Shown here in pieces: positions 49,561-58,656 of a DNA stretch of 64,000 bases (the stretch's first letter is position 1; each line of letters starts with the position of its first letter). Under the pieces are notes generated by a model. The model did not search any database, had not been told where the DNA came from, and saw only the letters and a program-made list of their open reading frames with translations. Source of the stretch: Candidatus Poribacteria bacterium (GTDB taxonomy: Bacteria; Poribacteria; WGA-4E; WGA-3G); contig CBDBFU010000002.1 in NCBI GenBank assembly GCA_965205025.1, positions 192,001 to 256,000 on the forward strand, read 5' to 3'. The translations under genes and the position numbers were made by a program.

Positions 49561-51990
49561 TTATTTCATTAGATGGGTAGCGACAAGGTTATCCAATTGA
49601 GCAGCCCAAGATTCAGGTGAATGGACTTTTCCAGAACGGGCATGAATGATTTTTCCATCTTTATCAATGAGTATATAGGCAGGCAGTTCAATTTTTCTAC
49701 TCCTTGGACCATACCCGAAACCAAACTGGTCAGCCAATGCAGCTTGCTGTCCGTCATGGTCAGCATAGATATAGTGTCCTTGATGATCTTGTCTTCGAAC
49801 TACATTTCGTAGTGCGTCTTCATCTCTCCAACCACTGATATTTACACCGATTACCTCAAACCCATTGTCGTGATGTTTTTTGTAGAGTGTGTCAATATGT
49901 TTGAGTTCTGGTTCTTGGCGTATGTACCCAAAATGGAGTAGGACAACTTTTCCTCGCAGTGTAGTGGCAGAAATAGAATTCCCATCTACATCAACAGCGG
50001 TAAAATCTGGGATAACGTTGTCCAATCGTGTTGTCTCTGTCCACTTTACAAGTTGTTCAAGTTGTTCGCCTCTTGTATCCACAGAGATTATTGTACCATC
50101 CCTATCAATCAACCATTGTGAAGGCAGCTTGGTAACACCAAAAAATTGTGCCAGTTCGCTTTTCCAACCTTTGCCATCAAATATCTGTAGCCAAGGGATT
50201 TCGTGTTCTTCCGTAAACTCACGTATTTCATTCTCATTTTCATCCAGACTCACGCCAATGACCTCTAACCCTTTATCGTGAAATTCTGCATAGACTTCTT
50301 TGAGATACGGTATTTCTGGAGCGCAGAAGCCACACGACTTTGCACAAAAATTTAGCACTACCATTTTGCCACGGTAATCCGAGACAGAAATAGGTGTACC
50401 ATCAAGTGTAGTCGCAGAAAAATTGGGAAGTTCTAATCCCTTCCATGCTTGCTGTTTCCACTTAACTTTTAATAAATCTTTATGACCTGCCCACGGATAT
50501 TTTTTCGATAATTCGGTTTCTCCCAAAGTTTGATAAATATCACCGAGACCGCGTAAAGCGTACCATTCATCTGGTACATCTGAGAGTTTATCCTGAAAGG
50601 CATGTTGCATTTTAGTTATCAAAGGTATACATCTTGAAATAAGTTCGGTATTTGCATCAGGATTTCTCATAAGCGAACGATAGATATGGCACGGTGTTCT
50701 GCCTATCTCATTATACAGTTTTACCAACCAACCATACAGTCCCGACTCACCTTGCTGCATTGATCGTTCAAACATCCTCTCAAGTGCCGTAAGTGAAGAG
50801 CGAAACAATGGATCATAGTGTTCATCATATTTACTGGCTGCAAAAAAGCACGTTTCTGGATCGTTGGGTGCTGTTACCATAGCTTTTTCAAGGAAGTTAA
50901 GGTCTTTATCTGATTCTCCATAACAAACACTTTTACTCTCCCATACAATGATCGTTAATATAATTACTGCAGCCCCATTTTCCGGTTCTGATTCAAGCAC
51001 ATCTTCGGCAAATTCACGAAGTTCCAGATGCATCGCTTCAGGAAAATCTGAGATATATTCATGAAGTTGTGCAGGTAGGGATGTCTTACCTTCAACAACA
51101 CCTTTCCTGATTTTCGTTTTGAAGTACTCCAGAAGTTGGTCTTGGTCATTCTGAGTAAGTCTTCGTGGAGGTGCTTTTTTACGGTTCTCTTTTGATTTAA
51201 GATACACCTCCCAAATATCTGTATTATCGGATGGCGTATCAAGTAAGTCTTGTTGATCCTCCGATTGTTGTCCCAAGTTTTTCCGGAATGCAGCATTTTC
51301 CAAAGGGACAAAATCTCTACACTTCTTGATTAGAGAATTATATTTATCAATTTTTTGTGAAATTGCCTTAGTGTCAGATGAATTTTCAAGGTGATTCTTG
51401 AAATCCTGAAGTTTATCTTTTAATGTCTTATAGACTATATACGGGGTTATCCTATGCTGATGATAGAATGACTTTGCCTCCTGGTAACGAGCAGAATCCT
51501 CTTGTTCGATTGCCCATAAATAGAGATTTTCAAGTGATATTAGGACTTTCTCAATGTCCGCAAAGAAATAGTGATGTAGTCTAAAATCGTTTATGACAAC
51601 TAAACTCATACCTGGGTCATTCGGTATCAACGAAAATGTATCATCTATATGTGGATCATTTTTGGCATCCCAGTCTGAAATTTCAACAATTGTGCGCAGC
51701 AAGGCAGCCGGTGCGTTTTTCGAATCAGATTGAAGGAAACTGTCGGTTAGATCTCGAACTTGCGGTAACATCTTTTTTGGAAGTCGCCATAAGTAATCGT
51801 GAAGCCCGGGTGGTAGTGCTGTTTCTCCATTGATGACCCCTTCTTCAATCTTTTCTTTAAAATAAACGAGTAGTTTTTCCTGGGTTTCTTCATCTATTTC
51901 TGATATACCGCTTTCAGATGAGAGACCTTGGTTATAAAGTGAATTGATAAAGGTGTACCAGAATTCTGTGGAATCGTATTTATCGGTCAT
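49561..51990 (-). CDS. Helical-repeat protein with two TlpA/AhpC-TSA (redoxin) domains, paralog 1
   Basis: PNFSATTLDG..S.SDY.GK.V.LNFCAKSCGFC..EIP, EVIGVSLD, LIDRDG; second redoxin domain lacks CxxC. Confidence 0.85.
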   Translation of the reverse strand: MTDKYDSTEFWYTFINSLYNQGLSSESGISEIDEETQEKLLVYFKEKIEEGVINGETALPPGLHDYLWRLPKKMLPQVRDLTDSFLQSDSKNAPAALLRTIVEISDWDAKNDPHIDDTFSLIPNDPGMSLVVINDFRLHHYFFADIEKVLISLENLYLWAIEQEDSARYQEAKSFYHQHRITPYIVYKTLKDKLQDFKNHLENSSDTKAISQKIDKYNSLIKKCRDFVPLENAAFRKNLGQQSEDQQDLLDTPSDNTDIWEVYLKSKENRKKAPPRRLTQNDQDQLLEYFKTKIRKGVVEGKTSLPAQLHEYISDFPEAMHLELREFAEDVLESEPENGAAVIILTIIVWESKSVCYGESDKDLNFLEKAMVTAPNDPETCFFAASKYDEHYDPLFRSSLTALERMFERSMQQGESGLYGWLVKLYNEIGRTPCHIYRSLMRNPDANTELISRCIPLITKMQHAFQDKLSDVPDEWYALRGLGDIYQTLGETELSKKYPWAGHKDLLKVKWKQQAWKGLELPNFSATTLDGTPISVSDYRGKMVVLNFCAKSCGFCAPEIPYLKEVYAEFHDKGLEVIGVSLDENENEIREFTEEHEIPWLQIFDGKGWKSELAQFFGVTKLPSQWLIDRDGTIISVDTRGEQLEQLVKWTETTRLDNVIPDFTAVDVDGNSISATTLRGKVVLLHFGYIRQEPELKHIDTLYKKHHDNGFEVIGVNISGWRDEDALRNVVRRQDHQGHYIYADHDGQQAALADQFGFGYGPRSRKIELPAYILIDKDGKIIHARSGKVHSPESWAAQLDNLVATHLMK

Positions 51991-52069
51991 AGTAGTTCTC
52001 CTATATTTTGGATAAGAAACAGTACGTTGTTACACTCTGAAATGTAACTTAATCTATTTTTTCTTTGAA

Positions 52070-54457
52070 TTATACCTTGAGATGTTTATCCACGAGTTCT
52101 TCCAACATCGCCACCCATGCTTCTTGTGAATGCACATCTTCGTAGCGGGACATAATAATATTTCCATCTTTATCTACTAACACCATTGCTGGAAGTGGTC
52201 GCCATGGATTGATACCAAATTGGCGTGCCAAAGGACCATCATATCCACCACTATCATAAATATGCTGCCCAAGAAAGTTTTCTTCTCGGACTCTGTCACG
52301 AAATACTTCTTCGTTTTTCCACCCAGAAACGCTGACACCGATAAGGTCGAAGCCTTTTTCATGATACTTTCTGTATAATGTGTTAGTGTATGGTAGTACT
52401 TCTTCAGGATTTCCGAAATAGAGTAGGACAACTTTCCCTCTGAATGTAGTAGGTGATAATATGTTTCCCTCTATATCTACTGCAGAAAAATTGGGAATCA
52501 TGTCCCCAACCCGTGATGATTCTGTCCAGTTAACAGTTTGTCCCAACCAGTCTTGCCTGCAACTAACAGAAATGATCTTTCCATCACGATCAATAAGCCA
52601 CAGGGAAGGAATAAAATTAATACCGAAATACAGAGCAAGTTTACTTTCCCAACGTTTACCATCAAAAATCTGTACCCATGGTATTTCATGTTCCTCAACA
52701 TATTGGCGCAGTTCTGCTTCGTTTTCATCTAAACTCACACCGATGACTTCAAAACCTTTGTCGTAATGTTTTTTGTATATTTCTTTGATATACGGAATTT
52801 CTGGTGTACAATGAACACACCATTTTGCACAGAAGTAGAGAAGCACTAATTTACCTAGGTAATCTGAGAATGAAATCGGTGTACCATCAAGTGTAGTAGC
52901 AGAAAAATTAGGTAGTTCTAATCCCTCCCATGCTTTCTGTTCCCATCTAACTTCTGATAAATCTTGATGACCTGCCCACGGATATTGCTTTGATAATTCG
53001 GTTTCTCCCAAAGTTTGATAAATATCACCGAGACCGCGTAGAGCATACCAGTCGTCAGGACATTCTTCAAGTCGTTGTTGAAAGACAGTTCTGGCTTGAT
53101 TAATCAGTGTTTTACTCCTTTCTATCTGTTCGGAATTAGCGTCTGGATGAAGCATCAGTTTCCGATAGATATGGCAAGGCGTCTTGCCGTTCTCTTTGTA
53201 GAGTTTCGTAAGCCAATGGTACAATTCGTATCCGTCTTTCTGCTGTGCCCTTGCAAACAGTTTTTCAAGTGTAGGGAGCGTCAATTTAAAGAAAGTATTC
53301 TCATTTCCGTGTATAGGTTTATTATAACGTTTAATTGCGAAAAAGCATATTTCTATGTCATTCGGCAACAACTCTATTCCCTGTTCAAGATATGGGAATT
53401 CATCTTCTTCCACAATAATTGCTAATATTTTCGCTGCAGCCCCATTTTCCGGTTCTGATTCAAGCACATCTTCGGCAAATTCACGAAGTTCCAGATGCAT
53501 CGCTTCAGGAAAATCTGAGATATATTCATGAAGTTGTGCAGGTAGGGATGTCTTACCTTCAACAACACCTTTCCTGATTTTCGTTTTGAAGTACTCCAGA
53601 AGTTGGTCTTGGTCATTCTGAGTAAGTCTTCGTGGAGGTGCTTTTTTACGGTTCTCTTTTGATTTAAGATACACCTCCCAAATATCTGTATTATCGGATG
53701 GCGTATCAAGTAAGTCTTGTTGATCCTCCGATTGTTGCCCCAAGTTTTTCCGGAATGCAGCATTTTCCAAAGGAACAAAATCTCTACACTTTTTGATAAG
53801 TGAATTACATTTGTCAATTTTTTGTGAAATTGCCTTAGTGTCAGATGAATTTTCAAGGTGATTCTTGAAATCCTGAAGTTTATCTTTTAATGTCTTATAG
53901 ACTATATACGGGGTTATCCTATGCTGATGATAGAATGACTTTGCCTCCTGGTAACGAGCAGAATCCTCTTGTTCGATTGCCCATAAATAGAGATTTTCAA
54001 GTGATATTAGGACTTTCTCAATGTCCGCAAAGAAATAGTGATGTAGTCTAAAATCGTTTATGACAACTAAACTCATACCTGGGTCATTCGGTATCAACGA
54101 AAATGTATCCTCTATATGTGGATCATTTTTGGCATCCCAGTCTGAAATTTCAACAATTGTGCGCAATAAGGCTGCCGGTGCGTTTTTCGAATCAGATTGA
54201 AGGAAACTGTCGGTTAGATCTCGAACTTGCGGTAACATCTTTTTTGGAAGTCGCCATAAGTAATCGTGAAGCCCGGGTGGTAGTGCTGTTTCTCCATTGA
54301 TGACCCCTTCTTCAATCTTTTCTTTAAAATAAACGAGTAGTTTTTCCTGGGTTTCTTCATCTATTTCTGATATACCGCTTTCAGATGAGAGACCTTGGTT
54401 ATAAAGTGAATTGATAAAGGTGTACCAGAATTCTGTGGAATCGTATTTATTGGTCAT
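52070..54457 (-). CDS. Helical-repeat protein with two TlpA/AhpC-TSA domains, paralog 2
   Basis: FCAKWCVHC; first ~341 aa near-identical to paralog 1. Confidence 0.85.
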   Translation of the reverse strand: MTNKYDSTEFWYTFINSLYNQGLSSESGISEIDEETQEKLLVYFKEKIEEGVINGETALPPGLHDYLWRLPKKMLPQVRDLTDSFLQSDSKNAPAALLRTIVEISDWDAKNDPHIEDTFSLIPNDPGMSLVVINDFRLHHYFFADIEKVLISLENLYLWAIEQEDSARYQEAKSFYHQHRITPYIVYKTLKDKLQDFKNHLENSSDTKAISQKIDKCNSLIKKCRDFVPLENAAFRKNLGQQSEDQQDLLDTPSDNTDIWEVYLKSKENRKKAPPRRLTQNDQDQLLEYFKTKIRKGVVEGKTSLPAQLHEYISDFPEAMHLELREFAEDVLESEPENGAAAKILAIIVEEDEFPYLEQGIELLPNDIEICFFAIKRYNKPIHGNENTFFKLTLPTLEKLFARAQQKDGYELYHWLTKLYKENGKTPCHIYRKLMLHPDANSEQIERSKTLINQARTVFQQRLEECPDDWYALRGLGDIYQTLGETELSKQYPWAGHQDLSEVRWEQKAWEGLELPNFSATTLDGTPISFSDYLGKLVLLYFCAKWCVHCTPEIPYIKEIYKKHYDKGFEVIGVSLDENEAELRQYVEEHEIPWVQIFDGKRWESKLALYFGINFIPSLWLIDRDGKIISVSCRQDWLGQTVNWTESSRVGDMIPNFSAVDIEGNILSPTTFRGKVVLLYFGNPEEVLPYTNTLYRKYHEKGFDLIGVSVSGWKNEEVFRDRVREENFLGQHIYDSGGYDGPLARQFGINPWRPLPAMVLVDKDGNIIMSRYEDVHSQEAWVAMLEELVDKHLKV

Positions 54458-54592
54458 AATGGTTCTCCTATTTTTTGGATAAGAAACAGTACGTTGTTAC
54501 AGACTGGAATGTAACTCAATCTATTTCGGCAACTCTCCCACAGGGAGCAGTCGAATCTGCTTTCAGAGTAACGCGAGTTCAAAGATGTCTGC

Positions 54593-54730
54593 CTACTTTC
54601 TAATCCAAAAGTTCCTATATACAGACAGTAGAAGTGGTTCGGTGTCTTGTACCTCAAGACCTGCCATGAAAACACCTACTGTGATTAACATGAAAACGAC
54701 TAAGTAGTAAAACAATTTATATCGTACCAT
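54593..54730 (-). pseudogene. 45-codon signal-peptide-only remnant related to the 5' end of the upstream TPR gene
   Basis: MVRYKLFYYLVVFMLITVGVFMAGLEVQD...; 54644-54704 matches 58481-58541 at 58/61 nt. Confidence 0.55.
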
Positions 54731-54790
54731 TGACACATATTTCCCTAAGACTATAACTATGTTAGATTTTGAATTATTTATGCATACTTC

Positions 54791-57700
54791 TCAATTATCT
54801 TGCCCATTGTTAAATTTCAAATCTTCAACTGGTTTTCCATCCACATCCGTAACCCGCAAATAGAATCCCCAACTTCGTTCCTCATTGCAAACCTTAACGA
54901 GGATGATGTTTTTGCCTGCCTTTAACGTAACTGGAATGATATCCTCATCAACAACTGCCCACCTAAATTGTGAAAACGCAAACACCTTTTTGCCATTAAA
55001 CCATATCTTCGCTTGATCATCACTGCCAAATCGAAGTTGTACTTCCCGTTCATCTGGAGTGGTCACGGTTGTCCATGCGTAGGAAACACGCCAATTGATG
55101 TTCCTACCGAGATCGATAAAGCCATCGAAAGCATCATCTGTAAACTTTTCCCAGCTTATTTGTCCGTCTATGCCTTCATATTTTGTAGTTAGGTCAAATT
55201 GTGTTGTGTTTTCGGAAATATACTTAGTGTTGTATCCGATACCCTCGGTGTTATCAAATTGTCCAAGAACCAACCATGCATTTTCATGAATCATGCCGGT
55301 TTGTCTCATCTGTTCCATTGCCTTTTCTAACATGTTGTTTTTACTATAGTATTCAGTTAAGCCAAGGCTGACATTTAAATGGAAGGTCGGTTTGGGAGGA
55401 GATGCGTTTAGCAACTCTTCGGCAGTTTTGAATTTCAAATCCTTAAACGGATTACCTTCCGCATTAGTAAGTCGAAAATAGAAATCCCAAGTTTGCCAAG
55501 CATTACAGACCTTAACAAGGATAGTGTTTTCACCTTTTATTAATGTCACAGGAATGGTGTAGCGGTCAATTCTTACCCCACTGGTTCTATCATGGCTAAA
55601 CACAGGTTTGCCGTTCAACCATATTGTCCCCTGGTCATCACTATCAAATCGCAATACAATGTCGCGAGTATCTGGAGAAGTAACAATTGCCCATGCGTAG
55701 GCAGCACTGTCATTGTTGATACCATCTTTATTACCAAAATCGAAGAGTCCATCTAATTTATTATCACTCGGTTTTTCCCAACTGATGAGTTGATCTCTTC
55801 CATAGTATTTTGCGGTTGTGTCAATTTGCGTGGTTTTCTCGGGGATGTATGCATATAGATACCCTCTTGAATCAATATTCTTAAACGGTCCGAGTGTTAT
55901 CCAACAAGTTTCTGGAATGAACCCACTTGTCAAAAGATAGTTTTCCGCCTTCTCAGACATATCATTTCCGCCATAGAATGCAGCAATAGTCCGATAAATA
56001 TTTGCGCGAGCATTTGAACTTTCCGGTGAAATAGAATTTATCAACGTATCCACCATTTGAATGTAACGTTCTTTGTCGTTAGCATACTTGATAGCTTCAG
56101 CGATTTCCTCCCAAAACATGTCTGAATAATGTTCATCGGATATAAGACTTAACGCATGTTTGAAATGTCTTAATGCCTCATCATAAAGTCCATTGGCGAT
56201 GCCTGCACGTCCAAGGGTTGTGGGATAGTCATGACTTGAACCCGTATTTTTTGAGAACGCACGTTTTGCGAAATTTAGTGCAGTTTCAGGGTAGAGTTCT
56301 TTGTCAAGTAGCGTATCAGCAAAATTACGATAACTGGATGCACTCTGTGCGCTGATAAGTGCTTTCTGCCGAATTTGCAGCCACTTGTCATAAGCGAGTT
56401 CAGCTTTGTCGGAATCACCTATTTTTTTGTAAAGATCACCTAAAAGTTCATGCAGGACAGCACTCTTGTCCATTTTCGGCAATTTTTGACGTATCTCTTC
56501 AAGGATAGCAATATGTTTGTTTTCTTGACCTTCGTTAGCGTAAAGTTCGATAATAGCGCGAATTGCAGAATCATGTTCGTCCTGTGTTAACGGTGCGTCT
56601 AATGCTCGACGGTACGTCGCTTCGACTTGTGATGGCTGCGCGGTTTTTATATAGGTTTTTGCCAATAGGTCGTAGAGTTGGTATGAAGTGGGTTCAAGTC
56701 CAATTGCTTTTTCATAAGCAGCTATTGACTTCGCCAATTGTTTGGGACTTAACTCCTCAGACACAGTGCCTGCTTCACGGTTCTCTTGCGGTAGATTTTG
56801 ATAGAGGTCACCAAGTTTTTTGTGCCACTGTGATTTTTCTGGTTCAAGTTCGGAGAGTCTTATATATTGTGCAATCGCTTCATCAATTTTATCAGTGGCT
56901 TCGTAGCTTTGTGCCAGTTTCAAGAGGCGTTTTGTATCGTTGGGATTTTCCTCAACCTGCTTCAGTTGCTCAGGTATCCATTTTTCATATAGTTTTCCGA
57001 CTTTTGCTACTTCGTTCATTCCATTTTTTGCTCTATCAAGCAGAAAGCTGCGGTCATCCATTTTTGCCATCTGTTGATATGCCTCAAAAGCATCTTCATA
57101 ACGTTTAACGCCCTGGTAACTTTTCGCAAGAACCATATACAAATACGTCAGATCCCATTCATCATTAGAACTCTGAGCTGCGGAATCGGCAAGTTTTATA
57201 GCCGGGACATACATTTTACTATCAAGGCAGATAGTAGCAAGTGCCCCGAGGAATAACGTATCCCCCTCCATGCTGCTGCCTGCAAGCGCAGTATCAGCTT
57301 GGGTCAACATTGCTTTCATCATATCAGACTGGTTGTTTTTATGGAAGGCAGCAGCTGCGTGATAAAGACTACGAACATTCCTACCCATCATCGGATCAGC
57401 TTTGCTAAGCTGATGGTATGCTTCGGCAGCTTTCTGATAATCGTTGGTATCCCAATAAATTTCAGCGAGCAGTTCAAGGATCGCAGGATTGGTAGCATCT
57501 TTCTCAAGTTTACCTTCGAAAAGGGTTCTCAATTCCTCAAGTTGACCTTGATTTTTATAGGCATTTATCAAGCTTTTACGTATATCATCACCACCGAATT
57601 TGACTGTAATACCGGATGAACTGAAAGTCATTGAGACACCCATTCGTATGATCTGCTTTGATTCGTAGAAGTCTAATGCCAAATCTGTCCTGTCTTGTTT

Positions 57701-58567
57701 TAAGTATACATTGAGCAATTCATTAGAGATTTCATTTCGTCTATAAATACTATTGGTCATTTCGAGTGCTGTCTTAAAAGCATTAGCAGCTTTTTGTAAT
57801 TCACCGGTATTACGAAAGTGTCGGGCACGTTGATTTTGCATCTCGAATGTGAGTGTACCTTCCGCTTCAGCTTTCTGTAACATATCTTCTAAATTCCCCT
57901 GATAACGATATAGGTTGACCAATTGCCGTTCAATCTCTTCTTGATTCCAACTTGATGTGGTGTGTGTCAGGGCGTTCTTCAATGCTTTTTCAGTAGCCAC
58001 TATGTCCTCATTGAGAAAATAATGTTCTGCGAGTCTGAGATAGATTTTTCTGTTGCCATATCCAAATGCAGTTGCTTTTTTATAGGTCTCGATAGCTGCG
58101 GCTTCATAACCTTCTGCTTCATAAAGTTTTGCAAGCCGTGCGTAATGTACGCCTACTTCTGGATATGTTTGAATATATGACTGCGCGATTTCAAGTGCCT
58201 CGTTGGGTTTACCAGCAGCTTGTAAGCTGTTAACAAGCTCTTCTTGATACTTTATATTTTCAGGATCAACTTCAAGCAACTCGCTATAGGTTTGTGCAGC
58301 TTTTTCGTACTGATTTGTGCGTGTGTAAAGCGTTGCGATCTGTAAGCGAGATTCGTCGTCTTCTGGTGCCGCTATTACGATTCGCTGGTAGATTTCTATT
58401 GCTTCCTCTATTTGGTTTTGCTCCACAAACTTCTCTGCCTTATTGATGAATTCTTGCAAAGGAGTGCTACTTTCCTCGGGGTCTTGTGCCTCAAGACTTG
58501 CCATGAAAATACCTACTGTGATTAACATGAAAACGACTAAGAAGAAAGACGATTTTGAGTTTAACAT
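54791..58567 (-). CDS. Large secreted TPR-repeat protein with two C-terminal jelly-roll (PA14/CBM-like) domains
   Basis: Signal peptide (start 58567 after a GGAGG RBS), many TPRs, duplicated W..LG.F...YAW...SDDQ..IW.NG...L..G.N.ILVKVCN....W.FY.R domain. Confidence 0.85.
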   Translation of the reverse strand: MLNSKSSFFLVVFMLITVGIFMASLEAQDPEESSTPLQEFINKAEKFVEQNQIEEAIEIYQRIVIAAPEDDESRLQIATLYTRTNQYEKAAQTYSELLEVDPENIKYQEELVNSLQAAGKPNEALEIAQSYIQTYPEVGVHYARLAKLYEAEGYEAAAIETYKKATAFGYGNRKIYLRLAEHYFLNEDIVATEKALKNALTHTTSSWNQEEIERQLVNLYRYQGNLEDMLQKAEAEGTLTFEMQNQRARHFRNTGELQKAANAFKTALEMTNSIYRRNEISNELLNVYLKQDRTDLALDFYESKQIIRMGVSMTFSSSGITVKFGGDDIRKSLINAYKNQGQLEELRTLFEGKLEKDATNPAILELLAEIYWDTNDYQKAAEAYHQLSKADPMMGRNVRSLYHAAAAFHKNNQSDMMKAMLTQADTALAGSSMEGDTLFLGALATICLDSKMYVPAIKLADSAAQSSNDEWDLTYLYMVLAKSYQGVKRYEDAFEAYQQMAKMDDRSFLLDRAKNGMNEVAKVGKLYEKWIPEQLKQVEENPNDTKRLLKLAQSYEATDKIDEAIAQYIRLSELEPEKSQWHKKLGDLYQNLPQENREAGTVSEELSPKQLAKSIAAYEKAIGLEPTSYQLYDLLAKTYIKTAQPSQVEATYRRALDAPLTQDEHDSAIRAIIELYANEGQENKHIAILEEIRQKLPKMDKSAVLHELLGDLYKKIGDSDKAELAYDKWLQIRQKALISAQSASSYRNFADTLLDKELYPETALNFAKRAFSKNTGSSHDYPTTLGRAGIANGLYDEALRHFKHALSLISDEHYSDMFWEEIAEAIKYANDKERYIQMVDTLINSISPESSNARANIYRTIAAFYGGNDMSEKAENYLLTSGFIPETCWITLGPFKNIDSRGYLYAYIPEKTTQIDTTAKYYGRDQLISWEKPSDNKLDGLFDFGNKDGINNDSAAYAWAIVTSPDTRDIVLRFDSDDQGTIWLNGKPVFSHDRTSGVRIDRYTIPVTLIKGENTILVKVCNAWQTWDFYFRLTNAEGNPFKDLKFKTAEELLNASPPKPTFHLNVSLGLTEYYSKNNMLEKAMEQMRQTGMIHENAWLVLGQFDNTEGIGYNTKYISENTTQFDLTTKYEGIDGQISWEKFTDDAFDGFIDLGRNINWRVSYAWTTVTTPDEREVQLRFGSDDQAKIWFNGKKVFAFSQFRWAVVDEDIIPVTLKAGKNIILVKVCNEERSWGFYLRVTDVDGKPVEDLKFNNGQDN

Positions 58568-58656
58568 TGAAATATACCTCCTAATGAATTGTGAAACTAC
58601 AGATATCACAATTCCAAATAGTGTCCATTCATTTTATAAGTTTGATTATAGATGTT

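Noticed and set aside
49561-54457. Diversity-generating retroelement TR/VR pair
   Set aside because: Both copies are full genes, divergence includes indels and does not look adenine-specific, and no reverse transcriptase is in the window.
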